Notes: generated by a model not told the origin, from the letters alone. A stretch of 64,000 nucleotides of DNA from Syntrophobacter sp. SbD2 (GCA_945889495.1 CAMDBU010000003.1:6665-70664); one strand, 5' to 3'. Positions 39,152 through 50,840 are shown, counted from the stretch's first letter. Translations and numbers: made by a program.

Positions 39152-39580
39152 ATGATTCATCTCGATCAAAGTATAATTTATCAGGTCGTCCTGTTCGTCG
39201 TCCTCTGGCTGATCCTCAACAAGCTACTGTTCCAGCCCTATTTGCGCTTGTTGGAAGAGCGCGAGCATAAGACCACCGGGGCGCAGCATGATTCCGTCGA
39301 TTTGGAGCATGAAGGCGCCAAGTTGAAGGCCCAGTTCGACGAAAAAATGGCCCAGGGGCAAGCCGCCGGCTACGCGGCTAAAGAAGCGATCAACCAAACC
39401 GCCCGCCAGGAGCGGGAAAAAATTCTTAGCCAAGCGCGCGATGAGGCGACCCGCAGCCTCGAACAGGTTAGACAGGAAGTCGCCACCGCCATGGAGCTGG
39501 AAAAACAGTTGGCCGCCGCCGAAGTGAGCGCGGTAGCCGCCGACATGGTGAATAAAGTTTTAGGGAGGAAAGTCGGGTGA
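39152..39580 (+). CDS. atpF2: F0F1 ATP synthase subunit b'
   Basis: 142 aa with a single N-terminal TM and a long charged helix; first of two b-type genes. Confidence 0.7.
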   Translation: MIHLDQSIIYQVVLFVVLWLILNKLLFQPYLRLLEEREHKTTGAQHDSVDLEHEGAKLKAQFDEKMAQGQAAGYAAKEAINQTARQEREKILSQARDEATRSLEQVRQEVATAMELEKQLAAAEVSAVAADMVNKVLGRKVG

Positions 39581-40143
39581 ACAGCCAGGATTTTCTCAAC
39601 CTTTTCGCCGTCGCGCAGGCATGGGCGTCCGAAGCCGGCGGTCATGGCGCGGCGCACCATGTGCCGTCGATCTCCGAAGTCATCTTCCCTGCCCTCAATT
39701 TTCTCATTTACGCTTTCATCATCGTCAAATACGCCTTGCCGGCGGTGCGGAGTTTTCTCAAGAGCCGGCGCGAAGAAGTGATCGCCACTATGACCCAGGC
39801 CTCGGCCAAGAAAGCCGCGGCCCAGGCGCTGGTCGATGACTACAAAACCAAACTCACCGGCGTGGACCGGGAAGTGCTAACCCTGCAAGCGACGCTGCGC
39901 GACGAGGGCGAGCGCGACAAAGCCAAGCTGATTAGCGATGCCAACGCCATGGCGGCGAAGATCAAAGCCGACGCCATGGTGCTGGCCGATCAAGAAGTGA
40001 AAATGGCGCGCCAGCAGATTCGCGAAGAGATGGCGCTCCAAGCCGAAGCCAGCGCGCGGGCATTGCTCCAACGCAATCTATCGGTGGACGATCAAAACCG
40101 TTTGGCGGATGAATTTATTCAAAGCATTGGGCAGACGCGATGA
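39577..40143 (+). CDS. atpF: F0F1 ATP synthase subunit b
   Basis: 188 aa b-type subunit; overlaps the neighbouring genes by 4 nt on each side. Confidence 0.75.
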   Translation: MNSQDFLNLFAVAQAWASEAGGHGAAHHVPSISEVIFPALNFLIYAFIIVKYALPAVRSFLKSRREEVIATMTQASAKKAAAQALVDDYKTKLTGVDREVLTLQATLRDEGERDKAKLISDANAMAAKIKADAMVLADQEVKMARQQIREEMALQAEASARALLQRNLSVDDQNRLADEFIQSIGQTR

Positions 40144-40682
40144 TTGAAGGCAGCTTAGCACGCAGGTACACCAGGGCGCTGTTTCAGCTGGCGCGCGAAG
40201 GCGGCCAGGAAGACGCTGTGGGCGTCGAAGTGGGGCAGTTTTACGCCGACTACACGAGCTCCGCGCTCCAGCAAGTGCTCACCAATCCGGCCTTCGCGCT
40301 GGACAGCCGCAAGCAAATCCTCAATCAGGTCGCGCAAGGCCAGAAGCTCTCGTCATTGACAGTTCGATTCTTGTCGCTGCTTCTGGAGCGCGACCGTTTG
40401 AGCCATTTGACCGGCATCGTCAACTGTTACCGCCGCCTGCTCAACGAAGCGCGCGGCCGGGTCGATGCCAAAGTGGTCAGCGCCACCGCGCTTGAGCCGG
40501 TGATGGTCGAGCGCGTACGCGCCCAGCTGCGCAGTATTTCCGGCAAAGAAGTGATTCTCCAACAGGTCGTCGATGGCGATTTACTCGGCGGCCTGCAGGT
40601 GGAGCTCGAAGGCAAGATCTACGACGGCAGCGTGCGCACGCAATTGGCAAAGATGAAACAGCGCATCGCGCGCGGTTATTAG
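40140..40682 (+). CDS. atpH: F0F1 ATP synthase subunit delta (OSCP)
   Basis: 180 aa; position between atpF and atpA. Confidence 0.8.
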   Translation: MIEGSLARRYTRALFQLAREGGQEDAVGVEVGQFYADYTSSALQQVLTNPAFALDSRKQILNQVAQGQKLSSLTVRFLSLLLERDRLSHLTGIVNCYRRLLNEARGRVDAKVVSATALEPVMVERVRAQLRSISGKEVILQQVVDGDLLGGLQVELEGKIYDGSVRTQLAKMKQRIARGY

Positions 40683-40696
40683 TTAAGGAGTAAGAG

Positions 40697-42205
40697 ATGG
40701 AGATCGGAACAGCGGAAATCAGCCGAATCATCAAAGAGCAGATTCGCGATTACGATAAGACGGTTGAGATCCAGGAAGTCGGCTCGGTGTTGTCCACCGG
40801 CGACGGTATCGCGCGTATTCACGGCCTCGACAAGGTCGCCGCCGGCGAACTCTTGGAATTCCCCCATGGGATTTTCGGCATCGCGCTCAACTTGGAAGAA
40901 GACAATGTCGGCGCCGCGCTGTTCGGCGAAACTCACATGATCAAAGAGGGCGACACGGTCAAACGGACCGGCCGTATCGCCGAAGTTCCAGTCGGTAAAG
41001 CCTTGATCGGCCGGGTGGTCGACGCCCTGGGCAATCCCATCGACGGCCGCGGTCCCATCGAAACCACCGAGCGGCGGCGCATCGAACTCAAAGCCCCCGG
41101 CATCGTCGCCCGCCAGCCGGTCAAAGAGCCGCTGCAGACCGGTCTCAAAGCCATCGACGGCATGATCCCCATCGGCCGCGGCCAACGCGAGCTGATCATT
41201 GGCGACCGCCAAACCGGCAAAACCGCCGTCGCTCTCGACGCCATCATCAACCAAAAGGGCGGCAACGTCATCTGCATCTACGTCGCCATCGGCCAGAAAC
41301 GTTCCACCGTGGCGCAGGTCGTCGACCGTTTGCGCGAAGCCGGCGCCATGGAATACTCCATCGTGGTCGCGGCCACCGCGTCTGAATCCGCGCCGTTGCA
41401 GTTCATTGCGCCCTACTCGGGCTGCACCATGGGCGAATTTTTCCGCGACAACGGCGGCCATGCGCTGGTGATCTACGACGATCTGTCCAAACACGCCGTG
41501 GCCTACCGGCAATTGTCCTTGCTGCTGCGCCGTCCGCCCGGACGCGAAGCCTATCCCGGTGACGTTTTCTATTTGCATTCCCGTTTGCTCGAGCGCGCGG
41601 CGAAAATGAGCGCCGACCGCGGCGGCGGTTCACTGACCGCCTTGCCAATCATCGAAACCCAAGCCGGCGACGTTTCGGCGTACATCCCGACCAACGTCAT
41701 ATCGATCACCGACGGGCAGATTTTTCTCGAAAGCGATCTCTTTTATTCCGGTGTCCGGCCGGCGATCAACGTCGGTATTTCGGTCTCCCGGGTCGGCGGT
41801 AACGCGCAGATCAAGGCGATGAAGCAAGTCGCCGGCACGCTGCGTTTGGATCTTGCCCAGTACCGGGAAATGGCCGCCTTCGCCCAGTTCGGTTCCGATC
41901 TCGATGCCGCGACACAAAAGCAGCTGAACCGCGGCGCGCGTCTGGTCGAACTGCTCAAGCAGGGCCAATACCAGCCGCTGGCAGTCGAGCAACAGGTAGT
42001 CATCCTTTACGCCGGCACCACCGGCCAGGTCGACGATCTACCGGTGGCTTCGCTCAAGCGCTATGAGCAGGAACTATTCGCCTTCATCAACTCGCGCCAT
42101 CCCGATGTCTTCTCCGACATCCTGACCAAGCGCGAATTGGACGGCGACCTGCGCGCCAAGCTCAACAAAGTGTTGGAAGAGTTCAAAGGGGTGTTTAAGG
42201 CTTAG
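40697..42205 (+). CDS. atpA: F0F1 ATP synthase subunit alpha
   Basis: Walker A GDRQTGKT; full-length 502 aa alpha subunit. Confidence 0.97.
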   Translation: MEIGTAEISRIIKEQIRDYDKTVEIQEVGSVLSTGDGIARIHGLDKVAAGELLEFPHGIFGIALNLEEDNVGAALFGETHMIKEGDTVKRTGRIAEVPVGKALIGRVVDALGNPIDGRGPIETTERRRIELKAPGIVARQPVKEPLQTGLKAIDGMIPIGRGQRELIIGDRQTGKTAVALDAIINQKGGNVICIYVAIGQKRSTVAQVVDRLREAGAMEYSIVVAATASESAPLQFIAPYSGCTMGEFFRDNGGHALVIYDDLSKHAVAYRQLSLLLRRPPGREAYPGDVFYLHSRLLERAAKMSADRGGGSLTALPIIETQAGDVSAYIPTNVISITDGQIFLESDLFYSGVRPAINVGISVSRVGGNAQIKAMKQVAGTLRLDLAQYREMAAFAQFGSDLDAATQKQLNRGARLVELLKQGQYQPLAVEQQVVILYAGTTGQVDDLPVASLKRYEQELFAFINSRHPDVFSDILTKRELDGDLRAKLNKVLEEFKGVFKA

Positions 42206-42274
42206 TTGCCAGTTCCCAGTTGTTAGTTCCGAACCACTAGCAACTGCCAACTAGCGACTAGAAACTATCGAATC

Positions 42275-43141
<867 letters not shown>

Positions 43142-43195
43142 AAATCGTGATCGTCGCTCGTGATCGTGTTCGTAAAGACTGGGAACACGGATTGA

Positions 43196-44653
<1,458 letters not shown>

Positions 44654-44726
44654 TTAGGCATGAGGCGCGAGGCGCGAGGCTTGAGTCTGACTTCGGACTC
44701 GCGCCTCATACCTTTCGCCTCGCGCC

Positions 44727-45155
44727 TTGGTATTTTCCATGGCAGACAAGATCAAACTAAGAGTGGTCACGCCGAGCCGGCTGGTTCTCGAAGAGGACGT
44801 CGACGAGGTCAGCGCGCCGGGGGAACTGGGCGAGTTCGGCGTGTTGCCCGATCATATTTCGTTCCTGTCGACTCTGGTGGCCGGCGAGATGAGCTACAAG
44901 CAGGGCGCCGCCCGTCATGCTTTGGTGGTCGGCGGCGGCTATGCCGAGGTTCTCGACAACGTCATGACCGTCCTCGCCTCGGCGGCGGAGTTCGCCGGCG
45001 AGATCGACAGCGCACGCGCCCAGCGCGCCAAGGAGCGCGCTGAGAAGCGCATGGGCGAAGTTAATTTCGATGACCCCGAATACCCGCAGTTGGAAGAAGC
45101 CCAGCGCCGCGCCCTGGCCCGGCTCCAGGTTGCTAGTAAAGAAACAAGAAGATAA
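44727..45155 (+). CDS. atpC: F0F1 ATP synthase subunit epsilon
   Basis: 142 aa with beta-sandwich and helical hairpin; last gene of the operon. Confidence 0.85.
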   Translation: MVFSMADKIKLRVVTPSRLVLEEDVDEVSAPGELGEFGVLPDHISFLSTLVAGEMSYKQGAARHALVVGGGYAEVLDNVMTVLASAAEFAGEIDSARAQRAKERAEKRMGEVNFDDPEYPQLEEAQRRALARLQVASKETRR

Positions 45156-45194
45156 GTAAATAAGTAAAGCGAAAGCAGTCAAGGAGGAAGTTCT

Positions 45195-46328
45195 ATGGCC
45201 GAAGCAGAAAAACAAGAACCCGTAATCACCATGTGGAGCAAGGAATTCACCTACGACCGCTGGATGAAGTCCAAAGGCATCCCAATCCACAAGGGTTATT
45301 TCATCCCCGATCTCCGCACCGTCGAGTTGGAATGGTGGGAAGAACGAGGCTGCAAAGCCGCCTTCATCCAGCTCTGGGGCCAGGAAGGCGTCAGCGCCGC
45401 CCGGGTCACCGAAATTCCTCCCGGCAAATCTTTGCCGCCAGTGAAGTTCGCCTTGGACGAAGTGGTCTACGTTTGCGCCGGCCGCGGTTTGACCACCGTC
45501 TGGTCTGGCGAAGGCAAGCCCAAGAAGAACTTCGAATGGCAAGAGCACTCGATGTTTCTCATCCCGCGTAACCACTGGCATGTGTTCAGCAACATGACCG
45601 GCGACAAACCGGTTAAGCTATTTCACTATAGCTATATGCCGATGGCGATGTCGGCGTTGCCCGAACCCGACATGTATTTCAACAATCCTTACGAATCGAA
45701 GATCACCGCCGATCAGGGTGACTTCTATTCCGAAGCCAAGATGGTTCAGGCCAAGGACGCCGACGAAGGCTTGGGCATGCGCGCTTTCTGGTACGGCAAC
45801 TTTTTCCCTGACATGCGTGCTTGGAACAAGCTCGACGCCAACGAACGGCGCGGCGCCGGCGGCAAGAGCGTGTTCATGCAGTTCCCCAACTCCGAACTCA
45901 CCGCCCATATGTCGGTGTTCGCGCCCAAGACTTATAAGAAAGCGCACCGCCATGGTCCGGGCCGGGCGATCATCATTCCCGCCGGCGAGGGTTACTCGAT
46001 TATGTGGGAAGAGGGCAAAGAGAAAATCGTTTGCCCATGGCATGAATGCAGCATGATCACGCCGCCAGACAAATGGTTCCACCAGCATTTCAATGCCGGC
46101 GGCGACATGGCGCGTTATTTGGCGCTCCATCCGCCCATGCAGTTCCATGGCCACGCGGAGAAGATCGAAGACCGGGCCAAGGATCAGATCGAGTATCCCA
46201 ACGAGGATCCGTTCATTCGTCAGAAGTTCGAAGAAGAGCTGGGCAAGCGCGGCATCGAGAGCATCATGCCGGCCGAAGCCTACTCCAACCCGGACTACGA
46301 CTGGTCCAAGGCGATGGGCAAGCAATAG
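45195..46328 (+). CDS. bicupin protein (gentisate/1-hydroxy-2-naphthoate dioxygenase-like); metal site only in the C-terminal cupin
   Basis: two cupin barrels; the C-terminal one carries AHRHGPGRAIIIPAGEGY … WFHQH metal-ligand motifs, while the N-terminal cupin lacks the HxH. Confidence 0.55.
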   Translation: MAEAEKQEPVITMWSKEFTYDRWMKSKGIPIHKGYFIPDLRTVELEWWEERGCKAAFIQLWGQEGVSAARVTEIPPGKSLPPVKFALDEVVYVCAGRGLTTVWSGEGKPKKNFEWQEHSMFLIPRNHWHVFSNMTGDKPVKLFHYSYMPMAMSALPEPDMYFNNPYESKITADQGDFYSEAKMVQAKDADEGLGMRAFWYGNFFPDMRAWNKLDANERRGAGGKSVFMQFPNSELTAHMSVFAPKTYKKAHRHGPGRAIIIPAGEGYSIMWEEGKEKIVCPWHECSMITPPDKWFHQHFNAGGDMARYLALHPPMQFHGHAEKIEDRAKDQIEYPNEDPFIRQKFEEELGKRGIESIMPAEAYSNPDYDWSKAMGKQ

Positions 46329-46355
46329 ATCATAATTAACCAGAAATTCGATTAC

Positions 46356-46385
46356 GGAATCCCCGCTCCAGCGAGCGGGGATTCC
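46356..46385 (+). terminator. perfect 12-bp GC-rich hairpin between the bicupin and eutA-like genes
   Basis: ggaatccccgct-ccagcg-agcggggattcc, followed by tgttatt. Confidence 0.45.
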
Positions 46386-46405
46386 TGTTATTGGGGTAGG
46401 ACAAA

Positions 46406-47950
46406 ATGGCGGACGCAATCCAGAGGCTACAGATGCACGACGATATTTACGATCACGACCATCCGGATAATTTCATTATCAAAGAGGATGAGATCGTTAC
46501 CGACATCGAAGGATTGGAGATGTTTTCGCTCAAAAGCGTCGGCATCGACATCGGCTCTTCGACTTCGCATTTAATTTTCTCGCATATCACACTGCGCCGC
46601 GAAGGCGCGGCCTTGTCGGGAAAATTCCGCGTCACCGGCCGCGAGGTGCTCTACCGCTCGCCGATCATGCTGACGCCCTATATCTCGGCGACCAAGATCG
46701 ACACCGACAAGATCAATGACTTCATCCACAACGCCTACAAAGAAGCCGGCTTGACGCCGGAGGATGTCGACACCGGCGCAGTGATCATCACCGGCGAAGC
46801 TTTGAAAAAAGAAAATGCCCAGCCGATCGTTGAGAACTTCGCCAAATACTCCGGTAAGTTTATCTGCGCGTCGGCGGGCCACAATCACGAAGCGTTGCTG
46901 GCGGCCTACGGCTGTGGCGCGGTGGATCTATCGAAGGGCGAGCATAAGACCGTGCTCAACGTCGACATGGGCGGCGGTACGACTAAATTTTCTTTGGTGG
47001 AAGACGGCGTGGTGACGCAGACCGCGGCGATTAGCATCGGCGCGCGCTTGATCGCCTACGACGAAAAGGAACAGATCACGCGCATTGAAGATCCGGGCCG
47101 GACGATGATGAAAGAGCTTGGCCATAAAGTCGAGATCGGCCAGAAAATCAGCGAGAAAATGAAAGAAGACTTCGGCGCCTATATGGCGAAGATTCTCTAC
47201 GAGGTCATCGAAACCGGGCCTAAATCGCCGATGGCGACCTCGCTCATGGTGACGCCGCCGTTCGTCAACTACAGCGGCTTCAAGCAGATACAGCATTTAG
47301 TTTTTTCCGGCGGCGTCTCCGAGCATGTCTACGACCGCGATGCGAAGTCCTATGGCGACATCGGCCCGGTGCTGGGCCGGAACATGCGCGATTATCTAAA
47401 AAAGCTGCCCAAGGATGTCCTGCGCGAACCCATCGAGGGCATTCGCGCCACGGTCATCGGCGCCGGCGAGTACACCATCCAGGCCAGCGGCAACACCAGC
47501 TACGTCTCCAATGAAAAAGCTTTGCCGGTGCATGGCTTAAAAGTTATCCAAGCACCGGTACGCGAAGGCGCATCGGTGGCCGACGGCATCAAACAGGCGC
47601 TGCGCAAGTTCGACCTCGGCTGTTTTACCTCCGGTCTGGCGTTGTCTTTAACCGTCAGCGGCGTACCCGACTATCAATCGGTGCGGCGCATCGCCGAAGG
47701 CGTCGCTGAGATCCTCAAGGGCGCCGACGACGCCAACTGCCCGCTCTACTTGACCTTGGACTTAGACATCGCCAAGTCGCTCGGCGCGATCCTGCGCGAG
47801 GAGCTGAAAATTACCCGCGACATCATCGCCATCGACGGCATCGAAGTCGGCGATTTGGACTACATCGACATCGGCGAATGCTTGGGCATCACCGAAGTCA
47901 TTCCGGTGACGGTCAAGTCGCTGATGTTTCCGACCACAGCCAGCGAATAA
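46406..47950 (+). CDS. eutA: EutA-like ASKHA-fold protein (ethanolamine ammonia-lyase reactivase homologue)
   Basis: …VGIDIGSSTSHLIFS…GAVIITGEA…LNVDMGGGTT… parallels the EutA motifs VGIDIGTTTTQVIFS / GAIIITGE / NIDIGGGT. Confidence 0.7.
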   Translation: MADAIQRLQMHDDIYDHDHPDNFIIKEDEIVTDIEGLEMFSLKSVGIDIGSSTSHLIFSHITLRREGAALSGKFRVTGREVLYRSPIMLTPYISATKIDTDKINDFIHNAYKEAGLTPEDVDTGAVIITGEALKKENAQPIVENFAKYSGKFICASAGHNHEALLAAYGCGAVDLSKGEHKTVLNVDMGGGTTKFSLVEDGVVTQTAAISIGARLIAYDEKEQITRIEDPGRTMMKELGHKVEIGQKISEKMKEDFGAYMAKILYEVIETGPKSPMATSLMVTPPFVNYSGFKQIQHLVFSGGVSEHVYDRDAKSYGDIGPVLGRNMRDYLKKLPKDVLREPIEGIRATVIGAGEYTIQASGNTSYVSNEKALPVHGLKVIQAPVREGASVADGIKQALRKFDLGCFTSGLALSLTVSGVPDYQSVRRIAEGVAEILKGADDANCPLYLTLDLDIAKSLGAILREELKITRDIIAIDGIEVGDLDYIDIGECLGITEVIPVTVKSLMFPTTASE

Positions 47951-47973
47951 GTTTGTTATTGGATAAATATTAC

Positions 47974-48010
47974 AAAAGGCTCCGCCCGCGCGGGGCCTTT
48001 TGTGTTTTTG
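47974..48010. terminator. bidirectional intrinsic terminator
   Basis: aaaaggctccgc-ccgc-gcggggcctttt hairpin with an A-run on one side and a T-run on the other, followed by ttttgtgtttttg. Confidence 0.8.
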
Positions 48011-48036
48011 TGTGGATTACACAGTCGGCACTATGC

Positions 48037-48176
48037 CCGGCAAGGGGCAAGCCCGCAGCAGTGAAGCCACCCGACTGTGCAATCGCAAAGTCATTCCCCA
48101 ACCGCAGTTTCCTAAAAACGTCGCTCAGAAGCAGAGGCCCATTTGGCTTCACTGCGGAGGGCTTGCCCCTTGCCGG
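48037..48176. repeat. 32-bp near-perfect inverted repeat (30/32) around a 76-nt spacer
   Basis: ccggcaaggggcaagcccgcagcagtgaagcc (48037-48068) versus ggcttcactgcggagggcttgccccttgccgg (48145-48176); lies in the 3' region of the minus-strand methyltransferase gene. Confidence 0.7.
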
Positions 48177-48189
48177 ATCGCTGGCGATT

Positions 48190-48741
48190 CTAACGAATTT
48201 CGAAAAGCATCACCGAATGGTCATGGACGAAAGTACCCGGCACCGACTCCTGGCGCGTCGGCACCCAGCCTTCCACCGGATAGTCGTGCGAGACCACCCG
48301 GGTGCCGGGTTTCAACTGGCGATCCATGATCGGCCGTAGCTTGGCATTGAACTCGGGCAGCATGTAAAGGGTCAGCACGGTGGCCGGCGACATGTCGACG
48401 GTGAAAGCGTCTTGAGCGCGGAACTCGACCAGGTGCTCGACCTTTTCGATATGGGCGTTGCTGCGCGCGCGGGCGACCAGGTCGGCATCGATCTCGATAC
48501 CGACGCCTTTGACGCCGTATTTCTTGGCCGCGTGAATGATGATCGCGCCGTCGCCGCTACCGATGTCGTAAATCACATCGCCAGATTTGACCCGCGCCAG
48601 TTCGAGCATGCGCTCGATCACCTGCGGCTTCGAGCGGACAAACGGCACTTCGCCGTCGGTCCACACCGCCACCGACGAGCCACAGCCGGACAAAATCAAT
48701 AAGCCGAAAATAATTTTCACTTGGTTTACGAGCTTCATCAC
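48190..48741 (-). CDS. class I SAM-dependent methyltransferase with lipoprotein signal peptide
   Basis: MMKLVNQVKIIFGLLILSGC lipobox; motif I VIYDIGSGDGAII. Confidence 0.7.
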   Translation of the reverse strand: MMKLVNQVKIIFGLLILSGCGSSVAVWTDGEVPFVRSKPQVIERMLELARVKSGDVIYDIGSGDGAIIIHAAKKYGVKGVGIEIDADLVARARSNAHIEKVEHLVEFRAQDAFTVDMSPATVLTLYMLPEFNAKLRPIMDRQLKPGTRVVSHDYPVEGWVPTRQESVPGTFVHDHSVMLFEIR

Positions 48742-48858
48742 TGGAGGTTATAAGCGGCCCCCAGCTTCGGGTCAATGCGCCGGCACCACGTTTGCCTTGA
48801 CATCATCGCCGGTTTGTTATGAACATCGGCAAAATTGCGATTGCGAGGAGGAATTCAC

Positions 48859-49581
48859 ATGGCCAGTTGGGACGATATTTTGACGCCGCGCGACAAGGAA
48901 GTGTTCGCGCTCTCGGGTTTCGGTAAAAAAGCCGGTCTCGGCCAACGGCCCGCGCTGTTGATCATCGACGTCAATTACAATTTCACCGGCGATAAACCCG
49001 AGCCGATATTGGAATCGGTGAAGCGCTTTCGCACCAGTTGCGGCGAAGAAGGTTGGGACGGCGTCCACGCGATTCGTGAGCTACTCGGCGAAGCGCGCAA
49101 AAAGCATATGCCGACCTTTTACACCACCGCCGAGGAGAACCGCGCCAATTCCACTGTGCTCGTCGGCGGCTGGGCGGCCAAAAGCAACCGGGCTACCGAA
49201 GACACCACTGAACAATGGGAAAAGGCCAACCAAATCGTCGACGAGATCGCGCCCCAGCCCGGCGACATCGTCGTGCGCAAGCAAAAGCCGAGCGCCTTTT
49301 TCGGCACGCCGCTCATGAGCATGCTGACCGAAGTTCATGCCGATAGCTTGCTAGTCTGCGGCACGACCACTAGCGGCTGCGTGCGCGCCAGCGTCATCGA
49401 TGCTTTTTCCTATAACTTAAAAGTTTCCGTGGTCGAAGAATGCGTCTTCGACCGCGGCCAGGCCTCGCACAAGATCAATTTATTCGACATGGCGATGAAA
49501 TACGCCGATGTGATTCCATTGAAAGAAGCGATTGATTACGTGCGCGCGCTGCCGAACAATCTCTACGCGCCGGCGCTGTGA
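48859..49581 (+). CDS. isochorismatase-family cysteine hydrolase
   Basis: …ALLIIDVNYNF… plus catalytic Cys context …LLVCGTTTSGCVRASVIDA…; GAGGAG RBS upstream. Confidence 0.8.
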   Translation: MASWDDILTPRDKEVFALSGFGKKAGLGQRPALLIIDVNYNFTGDKPEPILESVKRFRTSCGEEGWDGVHAIRELLGEARKKHMPTFYTTAEENRANSTVLVGGWAAKSNRATEDTTEQWEKANQIVDEIAPQPGDIVVRKQKPSAFFGTPLMSMLTEVHADSLLVCGTTTSGCVRASVIDAFSYNLKVSVVEECVFDRGQASHKINLFDMAMKYADVIPLKEAIDYVRALPNNLYAPAL

Positions 49582-49607
49582 TAGGTTCGGTTTAGATCGA
49601 TGCCAAA

Positions 49608-50363
49608 CTAGGATCGCGCTTGAATCAGCGCCCGGGCGATGAGAATCACGCCGATGATCGACAGCAGCACCATCAGGCCGCGGCTAAAGGTTTTTTGGTT
49701 TACCCGGTCCTGGATTTTCAAGCCGGCGTAGAAGCCTAGGGTGGTGAAGAGAATAACCTGGAGCGATAGCGTCAAGGTGTTCCAGTTGAACAGGTTCCAG
49801 GTCGACACCGCGATCAATTGAGTGGCCTTGGTAATCATGAAAATGGTCGCGACGGACTTCACGAAGTCACGCTTTTCCAACTTCAGGCTGTAAAAATAAA
49901 TCGCCAGCACCGGTCCGGCGGCGTTGGTCATGCCGTTCAAAAAGCCGCTCAAGAATCCCACCACTGGCGAGAGGAACTTTTCCGCCGCCGGCGACACCGT
50001 GAAGTCAAACTTCAACAGGTTGGAAATCACGAAGACGATAACCATGATGCCGAGGCAAAGATTGAGCGCCCAGAGCGGCAGCATCACCAGCACCATGGTG
50101 CCGAGAAAGACCCCGATCATGGTCAGACCGATCATCGATTTGAAGCGGCGCAGGATCGCGCTCGGGGAACCGTCGCGAAACACTTGGGTCACGTCCATCA
50201 ACAGATTGGGCAGAATCAGGATCGTCACCGCGATGCGGATGTCGAGCAGCAACGCCACCGTCGGCGTGGCGATCAGCGGAAAGCCTAAACCGGTGGCGCC
50301 TTTGACGAAGGCGGCGAACAGCAGGGCGACGCCGACCAGAACGTAAGTTAAATCGAAAGGCAT
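49608..50363 (-). CDS. TauE/SafE family sulfite/organosulfonate exporter (DUF81)
   Basis: 251 aa, 7-8 TM segments, internal duplication with GxxxG-rich helices typical of TauE/SafE. Confidence 0.75.
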   Translation of the reverse strand: MPFDLTYVLVGVALLFAAFVKGATGLGFPLIATPTVALLLDIRIAVTILILPNLLMDVTQVFRDGSPSAILRRFKSMIGLTMIGVFLGTMVLVMLPLWALNLCLGIMVIVFVISNLLKFDFTVSPAAEKFLSPVVGFLSGFLNGMTNAAGPVLAIYFYSLKLEKRDFVKSVATIFMITKATQLIAVSTWNLFNWNTLTLSLQVILFTTLGFYAGLKIQDRVNQKTFSRGLMVLLSIIGVILIARALIQARS

Positions 50364-50378
50364 GGTGGTTCGAAGACT

Positions 50379-50831
50379 ATGAGATTTTTTAGCCGCACGC
50401 CGGTGCGCAGTTTTATCATCTATCCCGCGGTTACGCTGCTATGGGAGCTGGCGCTGCATGGTCGACAGTTGGAACCCAATCTGTGGTTCACGCCGCTGAT
50501 GCTCTGGGGCTATTTGCAATACCGCCTATGCGGCCGCTACCGGGTGCGCATCGGCGGTGGCGGTCCGGGACTAGAAACCCCGCCGCAACGTTTAGTCTCT
50601 AGCGGTCTTTACGCTTATACCCGCAATCCAATGTACCTGGGCCATATTATTTTTCTCATCGGCCTGACATTGACGTTAAAATCCTGGCTCGCGGCGTTGA
50701 TCACCATCGGCACGGCGATCTGGTTTCACTGGCGCGTGGTCGGCGACGAAGGGAAACTCGTCGAACGGCTGGGCCAGCCCTACCGAGAATATCTCACCAA
50801 CGTGAAACGCTGGCTGCCGGGACTCTTCTAA
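50379..50831 (+). CDS. isoprenylcysteine carboxyl methyltransferase (ICMT/PEMT) family membrane methyltransferase
   Basis: …SGLYAYTRNPMYLG… motif and C-terminal conserved EE/R region. Confidence 0.8.
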   Translation: MRFFSRTPVRSFIIYPAVTLLWELALHGRQLEPNLWFTPLMLWGYLQYRLCGRYRVRIGGGGPGLETPPQRLVSSGLYAYTRNPMYLGHIIFLIGLTLTLKSWLAALITIGTAIWFHWRVVGDEGKLVERLGQPYREYLTNVKRWLPGLF

Positions 50832-50840
50832 ACCGGTCTA

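Noticed and set aside
39064-39270. 68-aa ORF upstream of and overlapping atpF2, and 60-aa ORF 38284-38466 upstream of bactofilin
   Set aside because: Arg-rich, no RBS, overlap promoter regions. No support for a small protein or an atpI-like gene.
40679-41578. 299-aa minus-strand ORF entirely inside atpA, and similar long antisense ORFs (e.g. 16494-17210, 44757-45581, 45618-46418, 54189-55061, 57661-58245, 62951-63769)
   Set aside because: They lie opposite genes with strong homology-based identity, are Arg/Ala/Gly-rich as expected for antisense frames of high-GC DNA, and have no start-site context. Treated as GC-driven spurious ORFs.
48037-48176. MITE / miniature transposable element interpretation of the 32-bp inverted repeat
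   Set aside because: No flanking direct target-site duplication, no second copy in this 64 kb, and no transposase nearby. Left as 'structured element of unknown nature' rather than called a mobile element.
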